Source of the DNA: Candidatus Parcubacteria bacterium
GTDB lineage: Bacteria > Patescibacteriota > Minisyncoccia > UBA6257 > HR35
NCBI GenBank assembly: GCA_025999335.1
Contig: AP024681.1
Span: 322,565-386,564, forward strand
Direction: 5' to 3'
Length of the DNA stretch: 64,000 bases
In this document: positions 20,610-29,646 of the stretch, piece after piece
How positions within the stretch are numbered: the stretch's first letter is position 1
How the letters are laid out: every line of letters starts with the position of its first letter
The notes under the pieces: generated by a model
Database searches by the model: none
What the model was told of the DNA's origin: nothing
The model's input: only the letters and a program-made list of their open reading frames with translations
Translations under genes and position numbers: made by a program

Positions 20610-20681
20610 CGTCCATAGCTCAGCGGTTAGAGCACCGACCTTATAAGTCGGGGGTCCCTGGTTCAAATCCAGGTGGACGCA
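20609..20681 (+). tRNA. tRNA-Ile (anticodon TAT/UAU)
   Basis: Acceptor GCGTCCA/TGGACGC, D-stem GCTC/GAGC, a perfect 5-bp anticodon stem CCGAC/GTCGG, loop CTTATAA (anticodon TAT), and T-loop TTCAAAT. No encoded CCA. Confidence 0.7.
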
Positions 20682-20685
20682 CTTA

Positions 20686-21156
20686 TTATAGATAAAATTG
20701 ACGATAAATAATATCAATAAAAGGTACTTTATCTTTTTCTTCTTCAAGGATTTCTTTTAGAAACTCTATAACTTCATCTTCGCCAATAAAAAAAGGTTCA
20801 ATGGGTATGTGAACACCTAAAGATAATTTTTTAGGGAACAAGAAAATGAATGTTCGATAATCATTCGAGAATTTTTCAAAAGCATAAAATTGATTCCAGT
20901 CATAAAATTTATCATTAATATGTAAGCCACGCCTAGAAAGCTTAATATCCATTAATTTTGGTTCGTAGAAATGTGGATGGAAGAAGAATATTATGGATAT
21001 TAAAGAAATAACCATTAACCAGAAATCAGTATTAATAATAGATAATATTAAAGTTGCTCCAAAAATAGCTCCCCATAATAAATGCCAAATTAAATCTCCA
21101 TAAGGATGATGGATATGATCAAAGGTTTGCCACCTTAATTCTTTTGTCTCGTTCAT
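20686..21156 (-). CDS. hypothetical membrane protein (156 aa)
   Basis: ORF with two or three predicted TM helices. No motif recognised. Confidence 0.35.
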   Translation of the reverse strand: MNETKELRWQTFDHIHHPYGDLIWHLLWGAIFGATLILSIINTDFWLMVISLISIIFFFHPHFYEPKLMDIKLSRRGLHINDKFYDWNQFYAFEKFSNDYRTFIFLFPKKLSLGVHIPIEPFFIGEDEVIEFLKEILEEEKDKVPFIDIIYRQFYL

Positions 21157-21212
21157 TGGCGATTATTTTTAAAGATTTGATATAGTATAATATATAATTA
21201 TATTATAAATCT

Positions 21213-23708
21213 ATGAAAAAGTATAATTTTAAGAAAATAGAAAAAAAGTGGCTATCTCTTTGGATCAAAAAACGCTTATGGAAAGTTAAGGATTCTTTAC
21301 ATCATAAAAAGAAAAAGTATATTTTAGATATGTTTCCCTATCCTTCGGGTGAAGGTTTGCATGTTGGCCATGTTGAGGGTTATACGGCTACAGATATTTT
21401 AACCAGATTTTACAGGATGAATGGTTATAATGTTTTGCATCCTATAGGATTTGATGCTTTTGGTCTGCCAGCTGAAAACTATGCCTTAAAAAAGAAAAAA
21501 AATCCCTCTTCGTTTGTGCCTAAAAATATTGCTCGTTATCGAAAACAATTATTATCTTTGGGTTTTAGTTATGATTGGGACAGAGAAATAAGCACCACCG
21601 ATCCTGAATATTACAAGTGGACACAATGGATGTTTTTACAAATGTATAAACATGGATTGGTTTATGAAAAAGAAGCGCCTATTAATTTTTGTCCTAACTG
21701 TAAAACAGGTTTAGCCGACGAAGAATCTATTGGAGGCAAATGTGAAAGATGTGAAACGCCAATAGAGGTAAGATTTTTAAAACAATGGCATATAAAAATT
21801 ACAGCTTATGCTGAACGTTTGTTAGAAGATTTAGAAGAACTTGATTGGCCCGAACATATAAAGGAAATGCAGAAAAATTGGATTGGTAAAAGCGAAGGCT
21901 ATGAAGTAAAATTTGCTTTAACTGACTATCCAGAGCCATTGAAAATTTTTACTACACGTTTAGATACAATTTTTGGAGCAACTTTTATTGTGCTATCTGT
22001 ATCTCATCCATTAATTTTTAAAATAACTAAACCTGATTATATGATGTTTATGGAAGATTATGTGCGCAATGAACTCAAAAAAGAAAAATTAGGCATTATT
22101 GACAAAGAAATTAGCGGTATTTTTACTGGTAGTTACGCGATTAATCCTATGAATGGTTTTAAAATCCCGATTTGGGTAAGTAATTATGTGCTTAGTGGTT
22201 ATGGAACAGGAGCGATTATGGGCGTACCAGCTCACGATGAACGCGATTGGAATTTTGCGAAAAAGTTTAATTTAGATATTATAAAAGTCATCAAACATTC
22301 TCTTGATGAAGAAACTAATGCCGACTTTACTTCAGTTCAGTGTTTTACTGAAGACGGCATTTTAATTAATTCTGATAAATATTCGGGATTAACTAGTAGC
22401 GAAGCGCGAGAACAAATAGGGGCTTATCTTATAAGCTTGGGCTTAGCTGAGAAGAAAATTTATTATAAATTAAGAGACTGGATTTTTTCGCGACAAAGAT
22501 ATTGGGGCGAACCCATTCCTCTTATTAGATGCAATAAATGTGGCATTGTTCCTGTGCCTGAAAAAGACTTACCTGTTGTTTTACCTAAAGTGAAAAGTTA
22601 TCAACCTACAGGCACAGGCGAATCACCTTTAAAAAATATTCATCATTGGGTTAGAGTAAAATGTCCATCGTGTCGTTCTATAGCTGAACGCGAAACTCAA
22701 ACAATGCCTCAATGGGCTGGTTCTTGTTGGTATTTTTTAGCTTATATATTAAAGAAAAAACAATCATCCAAAAAGTATAAAATAAGCTTTGATTTAAAAA
22801 AACTTAAATATTGGATGCCGGTTGATATTTATGTTGGCGGCGTCGAGCATGCTGTTTTACATTTACTATATGCTCGTTTTTGGAATAAATTTCTTTATGA
22901 CTTAAATTTAGTTCCCTGTAAAGAACCTTTTTTAAAACTGTTTAATCAAGGAATAATTTTGGGTCCTGATGGGCGTAAAATGTCTAAATCAAAAGGCAAT
23001 GTTATTAATCCTGATGATATTATAAAGCATTACGGCGCTGATACTTTACGAATGTTCGAAATGTTTTTAGGACCGTTAGAAGTTGAAAAACCTTGGTCTT
23101 CTGAAGGTATTAAAGGCATTGAAAGATTTTTGCAACGCGTTTGGAAGCTTTCCCTTTGGTTAGACAAAGTTTATAAAACAAAAAGAACTAAATTGCTTAA
23201 AAATAAAGCAAAAGAACAAGAATTATTGATTGCTTTGCATAAGCTTATTTATGAAGTAACCCAATCAATTACAAGTTTTAGATTTAATATTGCCATAGCA
23301 AAAATGATGATTTTCGAAGAAACATTAAGAAGAAATTTAGAAAATAATGTTTATATTGCCAAAGATATATTTTTAACTTTTATTAAACTACTATTTCCTT
23401 TTGCGCCTTTTATTTCTCAAGAGATTTGGCATTTATTAGGCAAAAAGAATTTTTTAGATAAAGAGAAATGGCCTCAATTCAATCCTAAATTATTAAGTAG
23501 CCAGTTGACAACCTATATTATTCAGGTTAACGGCAAAAAACGAGGTGTTTTAGAAGTTAAGGCAGACAATTTATCTGTTAATGAAGCAAAAAAATTAGTT
23601 CAATCTTTGCCTTTGTATAAAAAATATTTAGAAAACAAAACAATTAAACAAATTATCTTTGTTAAAGGTAAAGTTATTAATTTTGTTTTAGCCGATGCTA
23701 AAAGCTAA
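21213..23708 (+). CDS. leuS: leucyl-tRNA synthetase
   Basis: 831 aa. MFPYPSGEGLHVGHVEGYTATD (HIGH), VGGVEHAVLHLLYARFW and KMSKSKGN are all typical of LeuRS. Confidence 0.9.
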   Translation: MKKYNFKKIEKKWLSLWIKKRLWKVKDSLHHKKKKYILDMFPYPSGEGLHVGHVEGYTATDILTRFYRMNGYNVLHPIGFDAFGLPAENYALKKKKNPSSFVPKNIARYRKQLLSLGFSYDWDREISTTDPEYYKWTQWMFLQMYKHGLVYEKEAPINFCPNCKTGLADEESIGGKCERCETPIEVRFLKQWHIKITAYAERLLEDLEELDWPEHIKEMQKNWIGKSEGYEVKFALTDYPEPLKIFTTRLDTIFGATFIVLSVSHPLIFKITKPDYMMFMEDYVRNELKKEKLGIIDKEISGIFTGSYAINPMNGFKIPIWVSNYVLSGYGTGAIMGVPAHDERDWNFAKKFNLDIIKVIKHSLDEETNADFTSVQCFTEDGILINSDKYSGLTSSEAREQIGAYLISLGLAEKKIYYKLRDWIFSRQRYWGEPIPLIRCNKCGIVPVPEKDLPVVLPKVKSYQPTGTGESPLKNIHHWVRVKCPSCRSIAERETQTMPQWAGSCWYFLAYILKKKQSSKKYKISFDLKKLKYWMPVDIYVGGVEHAVLHLLYARFWNKFLYDLNLVPCKEPFLKLFNQGIILGPDGRKMSKSKGNVINPDDIIKHYGADTLRMFEMFLGPLEVEKPWSSEGIKGIERFLQRVWKLSLWLDKVYKTKRTKLLKNKAKEQELLIALHKLIYEVTQSITSFRFNIAIAKMMIFEETLRRNLENNVYIAKDIFLTFIKLLFPFAPFISQEIWHLLGKKNFLDKEKWPQFNPKLLSSQLTTYIIQVNGKKRGVLEVKADNLSVNEAKKLVQSLPLYKKYLENKTIKQIIFVKGKVINFVLADAKS

Positions 23709-24060
23709 AACAAACTTGCGGCTTAAGGGGAAGATAGCTGAAGATTTAGCCGCACAATTTATTCAAAGTAAAAATTTTAAAATTAGAGAACGGAATTGGG
23801 TTTTACCTAATGTTGGCGAGATTGATATTATTGCTGAAAAAAATGGTATTCTTAATTTTATCGAGGTTAAAGCGTTATGGAAGAGTAAATATTTTCAGCC
23901 TGAGTATCATTTTAATAAGAAAAAAATCTTTAAACTTACAAAATTAGCTTCGTTTTATGCAAATCGTTATAATTTTGATCACTGGTTCTTGTCTTTAATA
24001 GCAATTAATTTTGATAATTACAAAATTCAAATTAAATACTACCCCCGCTTAATTTTATAA
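23695..24060 (+). CDS. YraN/UPF0102 family endonuclease-like protein
   Basis: 121 aa. GEIDIIA...FIEVK motif arrangement of UPF0102. Overlaps the leuS stop by 14 nt. Confidence 0.55.
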   Translation: MLKAKTNLRLKGKIAEDLAAQFIQSKNFKIRERNWVLPNVGEIDIIAEKNGILNFIEVKALWKSKYFQPEYHFNKKKIFKLTKLASFYANRYNFDHWFLSLIAINFDNYKIQIKYYPRLIL

Positions 24061-24399
24061 ATGTTTTTTGAGCGCAGAAAAAAAAGAAAATTATGGCAAA
24101 TAATAAGTTTATTTCTATTTATTTTTATTATTGTTATATTGTATAATATTTACTTAGAAAGAAGTAAAAATATGTTGTATTATAAAGAAATCAATAATTT
24201 TAAAAAAAACTTAACTTCCGCTCAATTGGAAAATTTAACTTTGATGAATAGAGTTAATTATTTAAAGCATCCTTTAAATATAGAAAAAGAAAGAAAAGAC
24301 AAAATGGGAGAAAAGTTGCCTAATGAAAAAGTTATTGTCGTTTCTAAAGAATTACTAGACAACACAGTAATTCCTATTTTTGGCAAAGAATATAAATAA
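24061..24399 (+). CDS. FtsB/DivIC-like septum formation initiator (tentative)
   Basis: 112 aa. N-terminal TM helix, coiled-coil segment, and a C-terminal ...KMGEKLPNEKVIVV resembling the FtsB family C-terminus. Confidence 0.4.
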   Translation: MFFERRKKRKLWQIISLFLFIFIIVILYNIYLERSKNMLYYKEINNFKKNLTSAQLENLTLMNRVNYLKHPLNIEKERKDKMGEKLPNEKVIVVSKELLDNTVIPIFGKEYK

Positions 24400-24463
24400 A
24401 ACATTAAAGCTTTTGTTTAGTTTGATGTTGTTATTGATTGACAAATTCTTGTTTTCTATTTAA

Positions 24464-24535
24464 GGACGGTTAGCTCAGTGGTAGAGCACTTCGTTTACAC
24501 CGAAGAGGCCGCTGGTTCGATCCCAGCACCGTCCA
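24464..24535 (+). tRNA. tRNA-Val (anticodon TAC)
   Basis: Acceptor GGACGGT/ACCGTCC, anticodon stem CTTCG/CGAAG with loop TTTACAC, and T-loop TTCGATC. Confidence 0.85.
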
Positions 24536-24632
24536 CATCGTGTTTTTGTTAAATTTTTGTTAAAAATTTAATCAAAAATAAATTAATAAAGCATATGAAA
24601 AATATTTTTTAAAATATGATATAATAAAAATA

Positions 24633-25403
24633 ATGGAAATTTTAATAGCTTTATCTATTATTGTACTTATTATAATTATTAGAGGTTTAAGAATTGTTAA
24701 TCAATACGAACGAGGAGTAGTCTTAACTTTAGGAAAATATTCTAGCACTCGTCAGCCGGGTTTAACTTGGGTTTTTCCTCTGATTCAGCAAATGATTAAG
24801 GTTGATTTAAGAGTCAATACTGTTGATATTCCTCAACAAGAAGTTATCACTAAAGATAATGTTACGGTTGGCATTAATGCAGCGGTTTATTTCCGCGTTG
24901 ATAACCCTGAGAGAGCTGTTTTAGATGTTGAAAATTATCGTCACGCTGTGGCTATTTACGCTCAGGCAGCCTTAAGAGATGTAATTGGTGGTATTGAATT
25001 AGATGTCTTGCTTTCTGAAAGAGATAAAATTGCTGAAGAAATAAAGAAAGTTGTTGACGTAACAACTTCTTCTTGGGGTGTTGATGTTTCTATAATCAAG
25101 ATTCAAGACATCGAGCTTCCTGCTGATATGAAAAGAGTTATGGCTAAACAGGCTGAAGCTGAGAGAGAAAAAAGAGCAATTATTATTAGAGCCGAAGGAG
25201 AATATATTGCTTCTCAAAAATTAGCAGAAGCTGCTCAAGTTCTTAGTTCTGTGCCTGGAGCAATTTCGATGAGAACTTTACAAACGATTGAAAAAATTAA
25301 TCCCGATCCTTCAAAAACAGTAATTTTTATGTTGCCTGTTGAGTTTATGGAAGGAATTAAATCTCTAGCTCAGTTTTTAAAAGATAAACAAGGGAATGAA
25401 TGA
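24633..25403 (+). CDS. SPFH/band-7 (stomatin/prohibitin-like) membrane protein
   Basis: 256 aa. N-terminal TM helix, SPFH core, and a coiled-coil Ala/Glu-rich segment (AKQAEAEREKRA). Confidence 0.8.
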   Translation: MEILIALSIIVLIIIIRGLRIVNQYERGVVLTLGKYSSTRQPGLTWVFPLIQQMIKVDLRVNTVDIPQQEVITKDNVTVGINAAVYFRVDNPERAVLDVENYRHAVAIYAQAALRDVIGGIELDVLLSERDKIAEEIKKVVDVTTSSWGVDVSIIKIQDIELPADMKRVMAKQAEAEREKRAIIIRAEGEYIASQKLAEAAQVLSSVPGAISMRTLQTIEKINPDPSKTVIFMLPVEFMEGIKSLAQFLKDKQGNE

Positions 25404-25860
25404 TGGAATTTTAGATTATTTAATAACATTAGGCAATAAAGAAATTTTAGATTATTTAATAAATTTAGGCTTAATATTATTGTTTTCGATTGCATTCATA
25501 CTAAATATTACTAGAAAAAAACTTCTGGCTAAAAAGAAAGCTGAACTAAAAAGTTTTTATAAAGATAAAGTATTTTTTTTATGTGAAGGAATTTATTATT
25601 TAAAAGATAATTTTATTCAGTTTTCAGGAGAAGCTTTTGGGTCTTCAATACGTCCTAGTATGAAGTTGTACAATCCAAGTATTGGCGAATATGTTATAAA
25701 AGAAGTTTACGCAGACGAAGAAAATCCTGATAAATCCAGTCCAGAAATTCCTGATGGTACAACCGATGCAGCGATTGTGATTCAAACAGACAATTTTAAT
25801 CGCCAAGCTTTTGAGGAAATTTTAGCAAAAGATAAAATTGTAGTTTTCGAAGTTCGCTAA
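25396..25860 (+). CDS. membrane protein, possibly an NfeD-like partner of the SPFH protein
   Basis: 154 aa. Overlaps the SPFH gene stop. Has a TM segment followed by a soluble C-terminal domain. The call rests mainly on gene context. Confidence 0.3.
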   Translation: MNDGILDYLITLGNKEILDYLINLGLILLFSIAFILNITRKKLLAKKKAELKSFYKDKVFFLCEGIYYLKDNFIQFSGEAFGSSIRPSMKLYNPSIGEYVIKEVYADEENPDKSSPEIPDGTTDAAIVIQTDNFNRQAFEEILAKDKIVVFEVR

Positions 25861-25864
25861 GCTA

Positions 25865-26686
25865 TTATGTTACTTCTTTAAGAAATTCTTCTGCTAATTT
25901 CGGAATATCGTTGTTACTTTGATAGAAATATTTCCAAACAATAACAATGTCAGCATCATTAAATATTGCTCTTTGAACTTCCTTTAAAGTATCGCCACCG
26001 GCAATAGAAATTAAAACATCATAGTTACTTTTAATTCTTCTAATTTCATATAAAGGAATTTGCTTTTCTTTATTAAATTTTTCTTCATCAACACCGCGAT
26101 GAAGAATGATAACGCGAGGGAGTTTTTTTAATTTTCTTAAAACATTAAGAGGAAACTCAACATTCATCATATCAACCATAGAATCTATGCCTAAATCTTC
26201 GCATTTCTGAATAAAAGCATTAAGAGATTCAATTGGTGCGCAACCAAGAGCAATCACTGCATCAGCTCCAGCTTCGGCAGCAATTTCAACTTCAGTTTCA
26301 CCTCTGTCCATCATTTTTAAATCTGCTACCACATAAGGAATTATTTCTAAATTTAAAAATGATTTTTCTATTGTTTTTATTTGAAAATCACTTTGTTTAA
26401 GAATTTCTAAAATTGATGATAGTGATAAATTGAATGTTTTAGAAATTTTTTTAGAAAATATACTTGATTTTAAAGTTTGATTGACGAGATGCTGTTGATA
26501 CCATTCTTTAATCCGTTTTATTCCTTTTACCCCGTAACGTTTAATTAAGGGCGTTCCGGCTTCAATTAAAATTCTATCGCTTAGAGGTAATTGAAAAATA
26601 ATTTTTTGGGCTTCTTGAAGAGTGCTATTCAAGGCAATTTGAAGATAACGTTTTTTAGAATCAAGTTTTGAATATTTTCCTTGCAT
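25865..26686 (-). CDS. 3-hexulose-6-phosphate synthase / OMP-decarboxylase-fold family protein with an internal insertion
   Basis: LQIALNSTLQEAQKII...IEAGTPLIKRYGV and VVADLKMMDRGETEVEIAAEAGADAVIALG align to HPS/KGPDC motifs (LQVAIDL, ELGTPLIK, DMKTMDAGE...AGAD). The C-terminus ISIAGG fits the same family. Confidence 0.55.
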   Translation of the reverse strand: MQGKYSKLDSKKRYLQIALNSTLQEAQKIIFQLPLSDRILIEAGTPLIKRYGVKGIKRIKEWYQQHLVNQTLKSSIFSKKISKTFNLSLSSILEILKQSDFQIKTIEKSFLNLEIIPYVVADLKMMDRGETEVEIAAEAGADAVIALGCAPIESLNAFIQKCEDLGIDSMVDMMNVEFPLNVLRKLKKLPRVIILHRGVDEEKFNKEKQIPLYEIRRIKSNYDVLISIAGGDTLKEVQRAIFNDADIVIVWKYFYQSNNDIPKLAEEFLKEVT

Positions 26687-26742
26687 TTGTATAATTTATT
26701 ATAACATTTTTATAATTTATTTTTTAATACTAAAAAGTATTA

Positions 26743-27909
26743 TTAGTTATTTTCTGTAAATTGCTTTGGTGAATTTTTATTTTTAGCAATAAATTCGCTC
26801 CATATTTCTAAAGGTGTTTCTTTAGCTTGTCGGGGATCTTTATAAAAAGCGCGATGTCTTTCATAAATTTTTTTTAAGTCATCAATGGTTAAAGCATTAA
26901 TAATTCGTCTGATATGGGGAGTAATATGGAAATAAGTTTTATACATTAAAGTATCAAAAGCTCTTGTTTTCAAAAACTCAAACTTAAACATTGTTGCTAG
27001 CAAGGTTTTTGCTAATAATTCCTGACTTACTTTTTTGCCAAATCTATATCTTCTTATTATCTCATGTTCAAAATCATGAACTACAGGAAACGCTTCAAAC
27101 TCAGCTTTAGTTTTAAAGCCAGCTTTATTTAAGTTATGCCAGATCCAAGTATGACTAGCTCCTAAAACTATTAAAATATTTATTGGTTTTTTGTTTTTAG
27201 CTTTTATTTGAAGAGAAGGATTATTTTCAATTAACTCTCTAATTACTCGAGGAAGATTTTTAAGCATAAATTCGTCTCTTTTTTGAAGACACGTTATTGC
27301 AAAATCTTTTAATATTTTGTTGTATTTTTCTAAAGCTTGTTCAAATGAATAGTTTTTTTTGATTAAAGAGTATCGAAATTTATAAAGACTCGTTATAGCT
27401 TTTTCAGTTAAGGTATACAAATTTGAATCGCGAGGTACGTCAATTAAACCAATTATTTTATTTTTTCCTAATAATCTTTTGGCGATTTGCAGTAACCAAA
27501 ATTTGCCGTTAATTTCTGGTTTTATGTTGTTTACAAGTTTTTCTAATGATTCTTTGTTTAACTTTTCATTAGGTTTAAAGTTATCTTCAATTGTTAAATT
27601 ATTATCTTTAAAAAATTGGAAATCTTCTTTAGTTAAATAACCCCGGGAGCTTATTTCTAAAAGACGCAAATGTGTTTTTTCCCAGCTAGTAAATTCAGGA
27701 AGGTAAATATCTACTTTATTTAAAAGTTTGGTGATTCTTGTTTCTGAAATTTGAGAATCATGAGATTCAAAAAAGAACATAAAATTTAAATTATAACCTC
27801 TATTTTTAAAATCTTCAGCAATTTCTTTAAGTTTTTGTTGCCAAACATCTATTTCTGATTTTTTTAAATTTTCTTTTGTTTTTTGTTTCTTTAAAGAAGG
27901 TTGTTCCAT
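26743..27909 (-). CDS. hypothetical protein, paralog 1 of a tandem pair
   Basis: 388 aa. Shares motifs GYNLNFMFFFESHD, DIYLPEF, LGASHTWIWHNL and KAEFEAFPVVH with the adjacent gene. Confidence 0.4.
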   Translation of the reverse strand: MEQPSLKKQKTKENLKKSEIDVWQQKLKEIAEDFKNRGYNLNFMFFFESHDSQISETRITKLLNKVDIYLPEFTSWEKTHLRLLEISSRGYLTKEDFQFFKDNNLTIEDNFKPNEKLNKESLEKLVNNIKPEINGKFWLLQIAKRLLGKNKIIGLIDVPRDSNLYTLTEKAITSLYKFRYSLIKKNYSFEQALEKYNKILKDFAITCLQKRDEFMLKNLPRVIRELIENNPSLQIKAKNKKPINILIVLGASHTWIWHNLNKAGFKTKAEFEAFPVVHDFEHEIIRRYRFGKKVSQELLAKTLLATMFKFEFLKTRAFDTLMYKTYFHITPHIRRIINALTIDDLKKIYERHRAFYKDPRQAKETPLEIWSEFIAKNKNSPKQFTENN

Positions 27910-27919
27910 TGAAGATATT

Positions 27920-29278
27920 TTATATTGGATGATTTATGTTTATGTATTTTGACCAAATATCTAAAGCTGTTATTTTGCCTTCTCTAATTTTTTTTAATTC
28001 TTCAAATATGTGGCGAACATCGTTTAAAGTGAGTTGGCTAATTATGGTTCTTAAATAAGAAGAAAGATTTGTTATGTAAGAAAGAGATGATAGTCTATAA
28101 AATTCATACGTAAAATACGCTTCAGCCAAACTTTTTGCTGCCAGTTCTTGTATTTTTTCACGATATTTGCTTTTTTCTGATTCGTTTAATTTACTATAAA
28201 CAAAAACATATTTTCGCAAAATTTCAGGATACAGAGAATACACAAATGGCATTTTTGTGAATTTTCTTTTCGTCGGTATGCCTGTTTCTTCTAATTTATG
28301 AAAGATTCTTGTATGGACTGCGCCTAAATTTAACAAGATTTTAATACCTTCTTTGCTCAGAGCTTTTTGCTGTAATTCAGGATGTTCGTTAAGTAAATTA
28401 TCTATAGTTTTTGGAAGTTGTTCAAGCATATAATTTTCTCTTTCTTGCATAAGCTCAGAATATTTTTCAATAGAATTGATTATATTTTCTAATAATTGAT
28501 CGAAATTTTCATCAGGCATTGGTGGGTAATTATCTGGATTAAGAGAATGAAGAGGGGAAGCCTCTAAGACCTCAGATATCTTTTTTTCCAAAGGATGATC
28601 AAGAGGAAGATCTACTATAACAATTGGTTTTTTTGTTCCTTTTATGATTTTAAAACTTTGCAACCCATATTCTAAATAACCAAAAAATTCAGATATATTT
28701 TCTATGTCTTTTTCGTTTAACTCTTTACCTATTTTTAAAATTTTACTTATTTCTTCTTTTAAATTTAAAAATTCAATTACTTGCTTGCCTTTTACTTTGT
28801 TGACAAAAAGTTCAAGAAAAGAAATTTTTGACAAGACAAGATCATCTAGGATCTCAGGTTCTTGAAAATAGGATTCTATAAGAATATCGATTATATCTTC
28901 AGGGGTTGCTTTTACTTTAATTAGAAGAGCGGAAACAGCGTTTGAAGATAATAATTTAGCAAGAGGTTCTTTCTTAAACAAATCTAAAATTTTTTCTAAG
29001 TCATTTTTTTCAAATTTACCTCGGGAGATGCCATTCATTACAATTAAGTCTATTTTTCTCCATCTTATTGATTCAGGAATATAAATATCTGCTGCTGGCA
29101 GTAATTCTTTTAAGGCGCGATAAGTAGCTGGGTCGTAATGTTCTTCAAATAAAATATTAAATTGCAGATTATACCCCTTTTTTTCGAAAAATTCACGCAG
29201 TTTGTTTAATTTCACTAATTTTTTTGTTGGTTTATTGTCTTTTTGTTTTTCACGATGGAAATATTTTGGTATGGTCAT
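27920..29278 (-). CDS. hypothetical protein, paralog 2 of a tandem pair
   Basis: 452 aa. Shares motifs GYNLQFNILFEEHYD, DIYIPES, LGAVHTRIFHKL and KRKFTKMPFVY with the adjacent gene. Confidence 0.4.
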   Translation of the reverse strand: MTIPKYFHREKQKDNKPTKKLVKLNKLREFFEKKGYNLQFNILFEEHYDPATYRALKELLPAADIYIPESIRWRKIDLIVMNGISRGKFEKNDLEKILDLFKKEPLAKLLSSNAVSALLIKVKATPEDIIDILIESYFQEPEILDDLVLSKISFLELFVNKVKGKQVIEFLNLKEEISKILKIGKELNEKDIENISEFFGYLEYGLQSFKIIKGTKKPIVIVDLPLDHPLEKKISEVLEASPLHSLNPDNYPPMPDENFDQLLENIINSIEKYSELMQERENYMLEQLPKTIDNLLNEHPELQQKALSKEGIKILLNLGAVHTRIFHKLEETGIPTKRKFTKMPFVYSLYPEILRKYVFVYSKLNESEKSKYREKIQELAAKSLAEAYFTYEFYRLSSLSYITNLSSYLRTIISQLTLNDVRHIFEELKKIREGKITALDIWSKYININHPI

Positions 29279-29646
29279 TATTGATTATTTTTATTTCAAA
29301 ATTTTAGCAGATTTTTTATAAAATAAAAAACTAATAGTTTTTTAACTATTACTTAATTGATTAACATACCAAAAATGAAGTGTTGTGGCCGTAGGTTTGA
29401 TTTTACATTATTCACAATTATAAGGCTATCAAATTTATAATTTTGCTTAAAATATTATTAGAAGTACAATAATTTCAACGAAACCTCTCTGGATGGTTTT
29501 GCTTATTTCTATTCGAGCTTGCTTTCCTCTATTGGTTAATAGTTGACAGAGGACGTTGAACGGGTCGATAAATTAATTAACTTTTTATTAAAAGCCTAGT
29601 CTTTAGCGATCATTATACTAATTACCCTCTAAAGTTTTAATAAAAG

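Noticed and set aside
20541-20747. 68-aa minus-strand ORF overlapping tRNA-Ile
   Set aside because: It is antisense to the tRNA and the Hsp20 3' end, and the translation derives from tRNA sequence.
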